A stretch of DNA of 22,545 bases from Nitrosopumilales archaeon (GCA_044507735.1 JBIQJB010000031.1:1-22545); one strand, 5' to 3'. Positions 6,843-16,150 are shown, numbered from the stretch's first letter. Translations and numbers: made by a program. Notes: generated from the sequence alone by a model not told the origin.

Positions 6843-7835
6843 GTGGGCTGGCACTCTAGCGTCCTCCTGTCTATCCTTACCTTCGCTATCTTGTTTTCAT
6901 TACTGTATGCATCCTACCAAGCGAACTATATTCCGCCACATAATCCAAATACAATACCTACTGAACCAAGAATAACACCGGCCCAAGCCATTGATATTGT
7001 CGAGATGGGCTATAGACGGGCAGTACCAGACTTTCAGGAGGCATACCTGCATGTCCAGTACTACAACTTTTCACGGGATCTGGTAGATGATAATGAGTAT
7101 CAACTATACTTGAGCTCTATACGCCCGGGCTGGAAGCTGTCAGACGTAAAGACAAAGCCAGAACTACTAAGCCTGACTCCAGTCTTTGTACATGCCAATG
7201 GTACCATGTACATGGTTGATGCAAAAGATGGGAAATTTGAAAAAGTTTGCGATCAGCCTTCTCCAGAATGTCCGCTAGGCAGTTTTGCAGAACTTGCCAG
7301 AAACAGGCTAGTGTATGAAGTTGGAGCTATCGTCGTGGGCAAGGAAGACCACTATGATATCCACCACTTGGTCGACGCAGAGACTGGCAGGGTGGTATTT
7401 TCCACGCCGCTTGTTGTGCAAGGACCAACAGTTCCAGCATCCGTTCTTGAAAATAGGCATACAATACGGGAGCTGAACCAGCTGATAGAGAATCCAAATC
7501 ATGATGGTATCTCGATCGAAATTGTAGAGAACTCGTCAGAGGTTGCTCAAGATGTCGGGGGCATCAACAACAAGGGATACAGACCCGCTCATGCGTCTGG
7601 GATGTTGTCCAATGCCACTGTACAGGTTGTATGGTTCAACAATGATGGCGTGAACCATACTGTTACTTCTGACACTGGGTTCGCAGATTTGCTTGGATGA
7701 GAATTCGACTCAGGAATTATTGAGCCAGGCAAGTCATTTGAATTTGTATTTACAGAGCCGGGCTATTGCGGCTATCATTGCAAGATACATCCCTGGATGA
7801 AGGGGGAATTGGATATTATGGAGAATTCTGTATAA
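6843..7835 (+). pseudogene. PepSY-like plus C-terminal blue-copper (cupredoxin) protein, interrupted by an in-frame TGA at 7698-7700
   Basis: WFNNDGVNHTVTSD comes before the stop. After it the frame continues EFDSGIIEPGKSFEFVFTEPGYCGYHCKIHPWMKGELDI to TAA at 7835, giving type-1 copper ligands H, C, H, M. Confidence 0.85.
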
Positions 7836-8017
7836 AGGCAGATCTGCTGAGCGAATCAATCGGGACGCTATCGCTCAACAAGCTGGGCGTAGTCATGGGA
7901 AGGCTGGATGTGTGCAAGAGATGTGCTTGAGTAGCGTGGACATGATAAACAAAGGTACCAGTTGCAGACGCGTTTGTGCAAAAAAGGAGAATAGTGTGGA
8001 TGTGGTGAAGAGATGAT

Positions 8018-8263
8018 ATGCTGCGTAAGGTGGCTGTCCTGTCTCTTGGTCTGTGGATTCTTTTTTCCATCCAAGTGGCAGAAGCAAAGTGTCTACTACT
8101 GGACGATAGTGGTGATTGTATGGATGGAGGAAAGGCCTCTGGTGTTGAACAGTCGTCCGAGACTGGTGTTGATGCCATCTCTATGCTATCATTGCCATTT
8201 GCAGCAGCATCCGCAGTAGCTATTGGAACAATCGTATACTTTAGGTGGAAATCGTCGCCCTAA
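8018..8263 (+). CDS. Small exported protein with a C-terminal membrane anchor
   Basis: Signal peptide ending AEA, two Cys, and a C-terminal hydrophobic helix followed by RWK. Confidence 0.55.
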   Translation: MLRKVAVLSLGLWILFSIQVAEAKCLLLDDSGDCMDGGKASGVEQSSETGVDAISMLSLPFAAASAVAIGTIVYFRWKSSP

Positions 8264-8514
8264 TCCTCAAAGAGCGAGGATATTGCCTTTGAGATCCTTC
8301 TAGAGAAGGCCAGAATTGCAAAGTGAAGGCCAAAGCCGATGCCCGCGCTGATGCCAATGTTTACGCCCATCTGGTAAAGCCCGATAAAGAGGCCAAGAGA
8401 GGGCAGGGTAAGGATTAGTGCCATTGCAGTGCTGACCCACGTTCCCTTGATGAGAATATCTGGCGGGAGCTTGTCGAGTCGCTGACTTTCAAACTTGAGC
8501 GGGGGCTTGCCCAT
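8260..8514 (-). CDS. Small two-TM membrane protein
   Basis: Two hydrophobic helices. ATG at 8514 is preferred over TTG at 8535 because the AT-rich TATA-like box lies at about 8540-8550. Confidence 0.75.
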   Translation of the reverse strand: MGKPPLKFESQRLDKLPPDILIKGTWVSTAMALILTLPSLGLFIGLYQMGVNIGISAGIGFGLHFAILAFSRRISKAISSLFED

Positions 8515-8816
8515 CAAAATTTTTTTAAATTGCAAGCAATATTAATTATAACGCGTTAAATCACTTAACGAATATTATCACAAATCAAAGAAATCATGCT
8601 AGAAATCAGATTGAAGAAATTTTTGCAATCAAATCAACAAAAAGCAAAAATTCTAGGCGTGTTTTGCCACAGTTGTCGACCATCCGCGATGATTAATTAC
8701 ACAAACATGCCTATAAGATTGCAATAATATTTAACAACAAGCCTTCATTTAATAGGATAAGCAAAATTTTTGTCGTTCCAATAAACTTAATTAGATAGTT
8801 TGCCATTGTATAGGAG

Positions 8817-9251
8817 ATGCAAGTCTCGACGTCTGTTCCTCATGTTGAGGAAAGCAAGCTGGACGAAAGGCTGGAAATGCTGATAGATCAATTTGAGCGC
8901 GACGTTGCCCCGTACGACAGATGGTCAAGGATATCGATGATCGCCACCTCTGCTGGAGTGATTTCATCCGTGGTCCTTCCGCTCCTGTTGCTCGAGCCTG
9001 CTGTTGCCCTGTATGCCACGGTGGCAGGCATTGCAGCAAGCATTGGTCTGACAAAGCTGCCAATTCTGTACGCAGACCACAAAAAACACGAAATTTCCAG
9101 AGAAAAATACAAGCCTGTTACAGGGGTTTGCATGTGCGATCTCTACCAATACAGGACCCACCTTCACAAGATGCAGAATGCAAGCAATCCTGCAGAGCGA
9201 ATCAGACACTCAAAGCTTGCAAGCTACTACAAGCACCAGATGGGATTGTAA
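8817..9251 (+). CDS. Two-TM hypothetical protein with a Cys/His-rich C-terminus
   Basis: Two TM helices, then CMCDLYQYRTH...RH...KH. Upstream CTTAATTA box and GGAG. Confidence 0.75.
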   Translation: MQVSTSVPHVEESKLDERLEMLIDQFERDVAPYDRWSRISMIATSAGVISSVVLPLLLLEPAVALYATVAGIAASIGLTKLPILYADHKKHEISREKYKPVTGVCMCDLYQYRTHLHKMQNASNPAERIRHSKLASYYKHQMGL

Positions 9252-9285
9252 GAAGGCTTAAATTGATTCCGGTTCACCCCTTTTT

Positions 9286-9537
9286 TTGTTGTCCGGAGGC
9301 GACGAGCGAAAAAAGGTCACGGTAGGCAGGGTTTATGCCGTAAGCACGATTTTGGCCGTGATAATAGCCATTCCTGCCGTAGTGGTCACCGTAGTGATGC
9401 ACTATGTCATCAAGACTGACTTTTTCGTGACTCTGACTGCAGGGCTGATAACGCTCTTTATCGCGATGGGTTTTGGCTACAAGCTGTCCAAAAAGTTCGC
9501 CAGGATTCCCGGCAGCGACCAGCAATCTAGCACATGA
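9286..9537 (+). CDS. Small two-TM membrane protein, probable paralog of 8260..8514
   Basis: VSTILAVIIAIP...AMGFGYKLSKK versus VSTAMALILTLP...ILAFSRRISKA. TTG start, with GCTTAAAT upstream. Confidence 0.72.
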   Translation: MLSGGDERKKVTVGRVYAVSTILAVIIAIPAVVVTVVMHYVIKTDFFVTLTAGLITLFIAMGFGYKLSKKFARIPGSDQQSST

Positions 9538-9571
9538 AACGGATCTGCTGCGCCGCTGAGCTGAAATATGC

Positions 9572-9829
9572 GTGATGCGAAATCGCACCGTGAACCTAAA
9601 GCACATCGCCTTGCAGCTCTGCACATGCACATGGATCGAGATAATGACGGGCGCAGGAATTACGCTGTACATGATATACGTGGGCAACCACATGCTTGCG
9701 ACAATCACCGTTGGAGCATTTGCACCGCTCATCCTATTCCATTTCGCTGTGGACCGCATGCCAAAGAGCAACGTTGAATGGCGGCGCCACCATCAGCAGA
9801 ATACCCGGAAAATAAGGCTCCGCGTCTAG
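9572..9829 (+). CDS. Small membrane protein
   Basis: Two hydrophobic segments and a basic tail. Stop overlaps the pyrI stop (CTAG). Confidence 0.55.
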   Translation: MMRNRTVNLKHIALQLCTCTWIEIMTGAGITLYMIYVGNHMLATITVGAFAPLILFHFAVDRMPKSNVEWRRHHQQNTRKIRLRV

Positions 9830-10287
9830 AACACCAGCTCGTCAATTGAGAGCGTTCTGGCGCAGTACCTGCACTTGAGCACCACTTTTTCCTTGTCAAT
9901 GACATCAATTTTTGACCTGATCTCTTCGCCGCTATTTGTGATGCATTTCAGGTTGGGGCACTTGAAGATCCCGACAATAGAATCCGGCAGCTGGATCTTC
10001 CGCTTCTCTACCAGCTTGTAGTCCCGGATGATGTTGATGGTCGCGCGTGGAGCAATGAGCGCCAGCTTGTTGGTCTCGCTGGTTTCAAGAAACCTGTTCT
10101 CCACCTTGATGATGTCCTTCTTGCCATGCTTGCTGCTGGGCACGTTCAGCGCGACTGTGATTACATTTCCCTCCTTGCCCGTTATGCTCAGCGCCCGCAG
10201 AACAAAGAGCGCCTTGCCTGCTTCGATGTGATCTATGACAGTGCCGTCCTTTATCCTGCGCACGAGAAGCTGGCTCGTGTCAGACAT
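9826..10287 (-). CDS. pyrI: Aspartate carbamoyltransferase regulatory chain
   Basis: IKDGTVIDHI, GKKDIIKVE, APRATINII, zinc ligands CPNLKC...CRYC. Confidence 0.97.
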   Translation of the reverse strand: MSDTSQLLVRRIKDGTVIDHIEAGKALFVLRALSITGKEGNVITVALNVPSSKHGKKDIIKVENRFLETSETNKLALIAPRATINIIRDYKLVEKRKIQLPDSIVGIFKCPNLKCITNSGEEIRSKIDVIDKEKVVLKCRYCARTLSIDELVF

Positions 10288-10683
10288 TGGACTGTTGCGG
10301 TGCTGCTAACTATATCAGCATATCGTTTGCGATAAGATGTTGCACAAATTGGCATCTCCTGGCGATCTGCTGTTCCCAACCTTGATGGCAGTTTCGAAGT
10401 CGTCCTGATCCGTGTGGCAGAATTTCTCTTTGAGCTACCGCGCAAACACGAGCGCCCCTGTACACCCGCACTGCCGCCAGTATTTGCTGTGCATATGCAG
10501 TGGACCGCGAAAACAGCTGGACCCCAAAGATGACTATGCTGCTGTTGGCGGGCTGTCTATCGGTAGCGATGAAAATCTGGTTGCAGGGCACGCGTCCGTC
10601 CGCCAAAACGGGCCTGCTAAAGAGACTATCTCTATCGAAGAATCAACGATACGTTGATTATTCTGTGGCGTTTAATAGTCTGC

Positions 10684-10935
10684 ATGGGACTGTTCAGGCG
10701 CTGGAAGCCGAAGGGCAAGATGTACAGCCTGAAATGCACACAGTGCGGCGAAGGCTTTCTGTCCAGCTATCCACTGGAAGCGCCCATCTGCGGCAAGTGC
10801 CTGCAGAAGGCCAAGTCCCTCGACTCGACCATTGATCACGACAAGACCTGCATCAAGTGCGGCACACAGGGCGTGATCTATGGCAAGGAATACTGCTACT
10901 CATGCTATTTTGGCTTCAACAAGAAAGAGCAGTAG
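10684..10935 (+). CDS. Small double zinc-finger protein (four CxxC)
   Basis: CTQC, CGKC, CIKC, CYSC. ATG at 10684 is preferred over TTG at 10654. Confidence 0.7.
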   Translation: MGLFRRWKPKGKMYSLKCTQCGEGFLSSYPLEAPICGKCLQKAKSLDSTIDHDKTCIKCGTQGVIYGKEYCYSCYFGFNKKEQ

Positions 10936-11135
10936 TAGCCGCCACAGGTTTTTGTTGGTCAACGAGGGATATTGTAATATGACGATCTGCACCGGCTGGC
11001 GGCATCTGATTCCAGGTCCGCCACGCGATGGCCCCGGCGAAAATCGCACCGGATACCAATAGAGTCTGACGACTGCTCCATCACGAAAAATTTACTATTT
11101 GGTCAGCAGAGGTTGTCCGGACGGCATTAATCTCT

Positions 11136-11227
11136 CAAAGGGGAGAGCAGCGGCACCGGCGGATTGCGCAGTGCCGCCAAGGGAGAAAGGGATGCTCGGG
11201 AAAAGCTTTCCATTTCTCTCCCCTTTG
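11136..11227. repeat. Nested inverted-repeat / structured intergenic element
   Basis: Perfect 12-bp CAAAGGGGAGAG/CTCTCCCCTTTG enclosing GCGGCAC/GTGCCGC and GGAAA/TTTCC stems. Confidence 0.6.
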
Positions 11228-11370
11228 TCTTACCGCCTACCCAATTTGACTTAAGGAACGCGCTGATTTTTGTCATTTCCTACCACAACGTGGCTCTTAA
11301 TGGTAATTGGAACCTGTATTTGGGGAATGTCGAATTTTTCCACGGAAGGGTGTGGGGGTGGACAAGCTTT

Positions 11371-12507
11371 TCACCCAAAAGTAAAGGTGTAGATCCGGAA
11401 ACCCTGCCCGACGACATCAATTACCAGCTGGTGGTTGCCATATCCGTCATGCGTCACAAGATTGTATAGCCTCTGGCCGTCTATTGTAACCTCTCCACCC
11501 TCTGACACGTCAGTTCCCTTGGAGCCGGCTGCGAGATCCTTGCCGTCCTCTGAAATGTACAGTTTACCTGTGCCGCCTGCGACGATATTAACCACCTTGG
11601 CAGAGTAGGATAGGACTATTTTACCGGCCTGACCCTGCAGCTCCATGCTGTCGGGCCGGTTTTTCCACTGGCCTTCAAGGTATATCCTGTCTGGCGCGAT
11701 CGCTGTGTCATTGTGGATGGTGTACGTTACCACTTGCTCTGGATGGAAGCCCTCCGGATTTCCAAGCTTGGCTCTTGCAAATTGGTAGCCAAAGTACAAT
11801 TCGGGTGTCCCTATCCGCCGGAAGTCGACACTCTGTGCATTTTCAGGATTGCTGATCGATCCGTCAAAGCTCAAGTTGCTCCCCATGAACGAGGCGCGCT
11901 CTGACAGGAGCGACTGGATCACTTTTTCAGTTTCGGCGTATGCGCCTTCACCGATGTGATCGTATCTGATGTAGCCTTCGTTGTCGATCAGATATTTCCG
12001 CGGCCAGTACCTGTTCTCGTATGCCTTCCATGTACCCTTGTCGTTGTCCTGCACCACCGGATATTTTATTTCAAATTTTTCTACCGCTGCCTTGACGTTG
12101 TTGTAGTCTTTTTCAAACTCGAATTCCGGTGTGTGCACGCCTACTATGACCAGGCCGTCGTCTGCATATTTTTCATACCACGCGTTAAGGTACGGGATGG
12201 TTCTGATGCAGTTGATACAGCTGTAGGTCCAGAAATCTACTAGCACGATCTTGCCCCTCAGATCAGCAAGTGTGATTGGATCTGTGTTGATGTAACCGGA
12301 GACCTGTGTAAGCTCTGGTGCCAGCTTGAACTGCGACTTGTCTATCTCTAGAGTCCCGTTCTGCGTAATAGCAGCGGGTACGAAATTTTCCTGTTGGTCA
12401 GACGCGGCCTTGTTGAGCATGGGACTGTTGAAATAGACGCCAAATCCTGCAATCAGCACGACGACCCCGATTCCGACTACCAGCGCGCTCAGGTTGTCAG
12501 TATTCAT
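11371..12507 (-). CDS. Membrane-anchored thioredoxin-like protein (DipZ C-terminal half)
   Basis: VDFWTYSCINC, GVHTPEF, NRYWP, GEGAY, TPELYFG, RLYNLV and IYTFTFG, all DipZ-type motifs. Confidence 0.92.
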   Translation of the reverse strand: MNTDNLSALVVGIGVVVLIAGFGVYFNSPMLNKAASDQQENFVPAAITQNGTLEIDKSQFKLAPELTQVSGYINTDPITLADLRGKIVLVDFWTYSCINCIRTIPYLNAWYEKYADDGLVIVGVHTPEFEFEKDYNNVKAAVEKFEIKYPVVQDNDKGTWKAYENRYWPRKYLIDNEGYIRYDHIGEGAYAETEKVIQSLLSERASFMGSNLSFDGSISNPENAQSVDFRRIGTPELYFGYQFARAKLGNPEGFHPEQVVTYTIHNDTAIAPDRIYLEGQWKNRPDSMELQGQAGKIVLSYSAKVVNIVAGGTGKLYISEDGKDLAAGSKGTDVSEGGEVTIDGQRLYNLVTHDGYGNHQLVIDVVGQGFRIYTFTFG

Positions 12508-13289
12508 CCCAGACCTCTCTCCAAGTTGATTATCTCGTTCGCAAGCGGAAAGTTACCGATTATGCTGAGCTGATTGGTGAGCACCAGTATGCCCAGCACG
12601 ATCAGGATTGCGCCCATCACTGGATTGAAGTACTTGAGATGCTTGGCCATCCTTTTGATTACCCTGGTCGACTGCGAAAAGAATGCGCCGGTTATCAGGA
12701 AGGGCACTCCGAGTCCGAGCGAGTATGCAAGCAGCGAGTTGTAAGCCGCGCCTGGTGCAGTTGCCGCAAGTGTTAGCGTAGTGCCAAGTATCGGTCCAAC
12801 GCAGGGAGTCCAGCCTGAAGCAAACGCCGCGCCAAACACAAACGACGTGATGTACGTGGTCTTGAAACGCGGCAGGTTTGTCATTCTCTTTTCAAAGTTG
12901 AGCAACCGGACCTTTGTCGACAAGATCAGGTAGGCGCCAAACGCGATTATCACAGCGCCGCCTGCTGTCTGCAAGGTGGCCTGAAAGCTGGTGCCGACAC
13001 TGACAAGAAAGCTGTTCAGTATCACGCCCAGCACGGCGAACACGAGCGAAAAGCCCAGTACGAAATAGACAGTATTAAGAAAGATGTTGAGCCTTATGGA
13101 TTTTTTCACCGTTACAGAAGAGCCGCTGGCCACCTGGCTCTGTCCTTGAATCTCGGTCATGGTAGTGCCAGAAAGGTACGATACGAAAGCCGGGATTATC
13201 GGTAGGACACATGGCGAAAAGAACGATCCCGCCCCTGCTAGCGCAGACACCAATATGCTAGCTTCGACCAATTCAAGCGGCAGCTTCAA
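12504..13289 (-). CDS. ccdA: CcdA/DsbD-family transmembrane electron transporter
   Basis: SFFSPCVLP and GWTPCVGPIL conserved Cys motifs, multiple TM helices, 4-nt overlap with the thioredoxin gene. Confidence 0.93.
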   Translation of the reverse strand: MKLPLELVEASILVSALAGAGSFFSPCVLPIIPAFVSYLSGTTMTEIQGQSQVASGSSVTVKKSIRLNIFLNTVYFVLGFSLVFAVLGVILNSFLVSVGTSFQATLQTAGGAVIIAFGAYLILSTKVRLLNFEKRMTNLPRFKTTYITSFVFGAAFASGWTPCVGPILGTTLTLAATAPGAAYNSLLAYSLGLGVPFLITGAFFSQSTRVIKRMAKHLKYFNPVMGAILIVLGILVLTNQLSIIGNFPLANEIINLERGLG

Positions 13290-13341
13290 ATTTTCGCTTA
13301 AATCCTTTTTTCCAGATCCGCACCAGATTCATTGATGGCCG

Positions 13342-13656
13342 TCAGGCAGCCCTTTCCTTCTTGAATCCCTCTGGCCAGACCGTCACTTTCAGAAGGGCAA
13401 TCAGGCCCACAAGCTCGGCAATGTGTATCCCGACAAAATACGGCAAAAGCTCTTCTGAATACAGCGGTGCCATCGCAAAGTAGGCATAAACGGCGATCAT
13501 GTTATGGAGTATCAGCATGCCTGCAAACACCATCAGGCCAACTGTGAACGTTGCCCCTGTCTTGCTGTATATCCTGCTGTACACGGACATCAGGGCTACC
13601 AGTATGGCCACGTTTGCCATACTAACAATGGCACTGACGTCCATGAGCATTGCCAT
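13342..13656 (-). CDS. Three-TM small membrane protein
   Basis: Three hydrophobic helices, co-oriented between the regulator and ccdA. Confidence 0.8.
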   Translation of the reverse strand: MAMLMDVSAIVSMANVAILVALMSVYSRIYSKTGATFTVGLMVFAGMLILHNMIAVYAYFAMAPLYSEELLPYFVGIHIAELVGLIALLKVTVWPEGFKKERAA

Positions 13657-13683
13657 AAGGACGGGCGGCCGAAATTGGCTTAT

Positions 13684-13995
13684 TTACTTTTTTCCAGATT
13701 TCTTTCTGTCAATCGCGGCTCTGACTTCGTTGAACGACTCGATGTTGGCCTCAAGATAGTTTGAGATGAAATAGAGGACGCCGTACTTTTCGCCGGTCCT
13801 TGTTACCATGTTGTTCCTCTCAAGGACGCTTATGTGGTGCTGGACTGCCTTGTAGTCTATGCCGAGAGCCTCGGCGAGCTGGTTCGTGTTGCGCGGCTGC
13901 TCCTTGAGAAGGTCGATTATCCTTATCCTGTTCTCTCCCCCACGCGAGCCTGCAAAGAGGTACCACAGCAGGCGCCTTGCGTCGGGGTCTGGCAT
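13684..13995 (-). CDS. ArsR-like winged-helix transcriptional regulator
   Basis: LLWYLFAGSRGGENRIRII...NTNQLAEALGIDYKAVQHHISVL. ATG at 13995 fits TTTAAA at about 14024-14029. Confidence 0.9.
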   Translation of the reverse strand: MPDPDARRLLWYLFAGSRGGENRIRIIDLLKEQPRNTNQLAEALGIDYKAVQHHISVLERNNMVTRTGEKYGVLYFISNYLEANIESFNEVRAAIDRKKSGKK

Positions 13996-14152
13996 GTCAT
14001 CCTGCCTAGGGAATAGTTTGAAATTTAAACTTGCATACCGCATCCCTTATATCCCCGACCAGTCTCCCATTATGTACAAGACAAAAGTTTCGGCACGGTA
14101 GATTTGTCAAAAGAAAACCAACCTTTTCATCTCTTCCGTGGCTTTTGTGAAT

Positions 14153-14170
14153 ACAACAACAACAACAAAA
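14153..14170 (+). repeat. (CAA)n microsatellite in the helicase leader
   Basis: ACAACAACAACAACAAAA about 20 nt before the ATG. Confidence 0.8.
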
Positions 14171-14189
14171 GTGTGTGAAAGAAAGCAAA

Positions 14190-15581
14190 ATGGCAAAAAC
14201 ATTTGAAGAATTAGGATTGAGTGCACAACTAACAAGAGCACTCTCCGAAAATGGATTTGAGGCGCCGTTCCCTATACAAGAGGCAGCTATACCGCTTGTT
14301 TTGGAAGGTAAAGATGTCATAGGACAGGCGCACACAGGAACCGGCAAGACGGCGGCATTTGGACTGCCGATATTGCAAAAGATCAAGGCAGACGGGCCGG
14401 TACAGGCCCTGATACTTGCGCCGACAAGGGAACTTTCGGTGCAGGTGACAACCGAGATCAACAGGTTCGCAAAGTACACAGGAGTCAAGACCGTCGCAAT
14501 CTATGGCGGCCAAAGCATGAACGTACAGCTTGACAAGCTCCAGCGCGGGGCCCAGATAGTGGTCGCGACACCCGGCAGGCTTATCGACCACATAAAGCAG
14601 GGTTCGATAATCCTCGACGATGTCAAGTTCGTCGTGCTCGACGAAGCAGACAGGATGCTAGACATGGGCTTCATTGACGACATCAAGTTCATCCTGTTCT
14701 ACGTGAACGAGGATCGCCAGACATGTCTGTTCTCTGCAACAATGCCTCCGGAAATCTTGCGGCTGGCAGAGGAATACATGAAGCGCGACGAAATTGAGCA
14801 TGTCAAGCTCAACGAAGAAGAAGTCACGCTTGAAACAATCGACCAGTCATATCTGGTGGTTGAAGAGCGCGAAAAGTTCAGGCACCTGGTCAACTTTATC
14901 AAGCAGAACAATGGAAACAAGAGCCAGACAATAGTATTCGCTGCTACAAAGCAGCGCGCAGACAGGGTCGCATACCAGTTAAGGCGCGAAGGCCTCAATG
15001 CAGTCGCAATCCACGGCGACCTGTCGCAAAGGCAGCGCGACAACGCGATGGGCAAGTTCAGGAAAGGAACAGAAGACATCCTGGTTGCGACAGACATTGC
15101 AGCAAGGGGAATCGATGTCCCGTCAGTCGGAAACGTCATCAACTACGACATTCCAGACGACCCCAACGTGTACTTCCACAGGATCGGCAGGACCGCGAGG
15201 GCCGGCGCAGAGGGCAGGGCGATATCTCTTGTCTCAAATGACAGGATCGCAGACTTTGACCGCATCCTTGCACAGACCCATCTCCCGATACGCAAGCTCA
15301 ATGACGAAATGGGAATCGTTGTGCCGGTAGTCGCGCAGCGTCAGCCGCAGATGTATGGCGGCGGATCCAGAAGGCGCGGCGGCTACGGCGGCGGTGGCGG
15401 CGGCAGACGCTTTGGCAGCGGCGGTCGCGGATACCGCGGTGGCGGTGGGAGCGGTGGCGGCGGATACGGAGGAAGGCGCGGCGGCCACAGGAGCTTTGGC
15501 GGTGGCGGCTATCGTGGTGGCGGAGGCAGACACTACGGCGGCAACCGCGGCTACTACGGCGGGAGCGGCTCCAGCTATTAA
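14190..15581 (+). CDS. deaD: DEAD-box RNA helicase (DeaD/CshA-like) with an RGG/YGG-rich tail
   Basis: Q motif, AHTGTGKT, PTREL, TPGR, DEAD, SAT, ARGID and HRIGRTAR, then a long G/R/Y tail. ATG at 14190 is preferred. Confidence 0.95.
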   Translation: MAKTFEELGLSAQLTRALSENGFEAPFPIQEAAIPLVLEGKDVIGQAHTGTGKTAAFGLPILQKIKADGPVQALILAPTRELSVQVTTEINRFAKYTGVKTVAIYGGQSMNVQLDKLQRGAQIVVATPGRLIDHIKQGSIILDDVKFVVLDEADRMLDMGFIDDIKFILFYVNEDRQTCLFSATMPPEILRLAEEYMKRDEIEHVKLNEEEVTLETIDQSYLVVEEREKFRHLVNFIKQNNGNKSQTIVFAATKQRADRVAYQLRREGLNAVAIHGDLSQRQRDNAMGKFRKGTEDILVATDIAARGIDVPSVGNVINYDIPDDPNVYFHRIGRTARAGAEGRAISLVSNDRIADFDRILAQTHLPIRKLNDEMGIVVPVVAQRQPQMYGGGSRRRGGYGGGGGGRRFGSGGRGYRGGGGSGGGGYGGRRGGHRSFGGGGYRGGGGRHYGGNRGYYGGSGSSY

Positions 15582-15625
15582 GCGGGCACACCATTTTTAA
15601 AGCCCGCTCACTTTCCTATTTTTTG

Positions 15626-16150
15626 ATGTCTTTTGGCGTCGACACTCTCGGAGGCTTGACCGAGAAGCTAAAGCAATTGGTTAACGATACTCAGGGCCTC
15701 TACGAGTCATTCATTGACGCTAACCAGCTCTACAAGCAGGGCAAGCTTGGAGATAAGGAGTTCTTTTCCAGGATAGGCGAATACCTGGTTGCGACGTCTG
15801 CGATGAACTTTCTGGCCGTCCGCGTCATCCTGGAGCTAAAGACTGCCTTGGAGAAGGGCACATCGGTCAAGAGCCCAACAGGCGGCAGCTCGTACCCATC
15901 AATGCCCCAGGCAGGCTTTGGCATCGGAGGCTTTGTAGGCGCAGGCGGCACCGCTGGGCCCTCCGCAGGGGCAGGGGGCGGCGAGTATGTGCTTCCGTCT
16001 CCTCCGGATCCACAGCAGCAGGAACTGCCGTCGTTCAAGCCGGTGGACATTGAGCTCCCAAAGAAAAGCTCGACCAAGAACTGCATCATTTGCGGCGCTT
16101 CCATTCCTGCGCAGGCCAAGTTCTGCAGCAAGTGCGGCAGGTCGCAATAA
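15626..16150 (+). CDS. Zinc-ribbon domain protein
   Basis: Helical N-terminus, G/P linker, C-terminal CIICG...AKFCSKCG. Confidence 0.85.
   Translation: MSFGVDTLGGLTEKLKQLVNDTQGLYESFIDANQLYKQGKLGDKEFFSRIGEYLVATSAMNFLAVRVILELKTALEKGTSVKSPTGGSSYPSMPQAGFGIGGFVGAGGTAGPSAGAGGGEYVLPSPPDPQQQELPSFKPVDIELPKKSSTKNCIICGASIPAQAKFCSKCGRSQ

Noticed and set aside
7698-7700. Selenocysteine recoding of the TGA
   Set aside because: The position is not a Cys ligand site, no SECIS-like element was recognised, and Sec use is not known in this lineage.
7848-7877. TGAGCGA/TCGCTCA inverted repeat
   Set aside because: Seven bp with a 16-nt loop and no other support.
10290-10680. Overlapping short ORFs between pyrI and the zinc-finger gene
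   Set aside because: No motif or consistent frame. Probably decayed or non-coding sequence.
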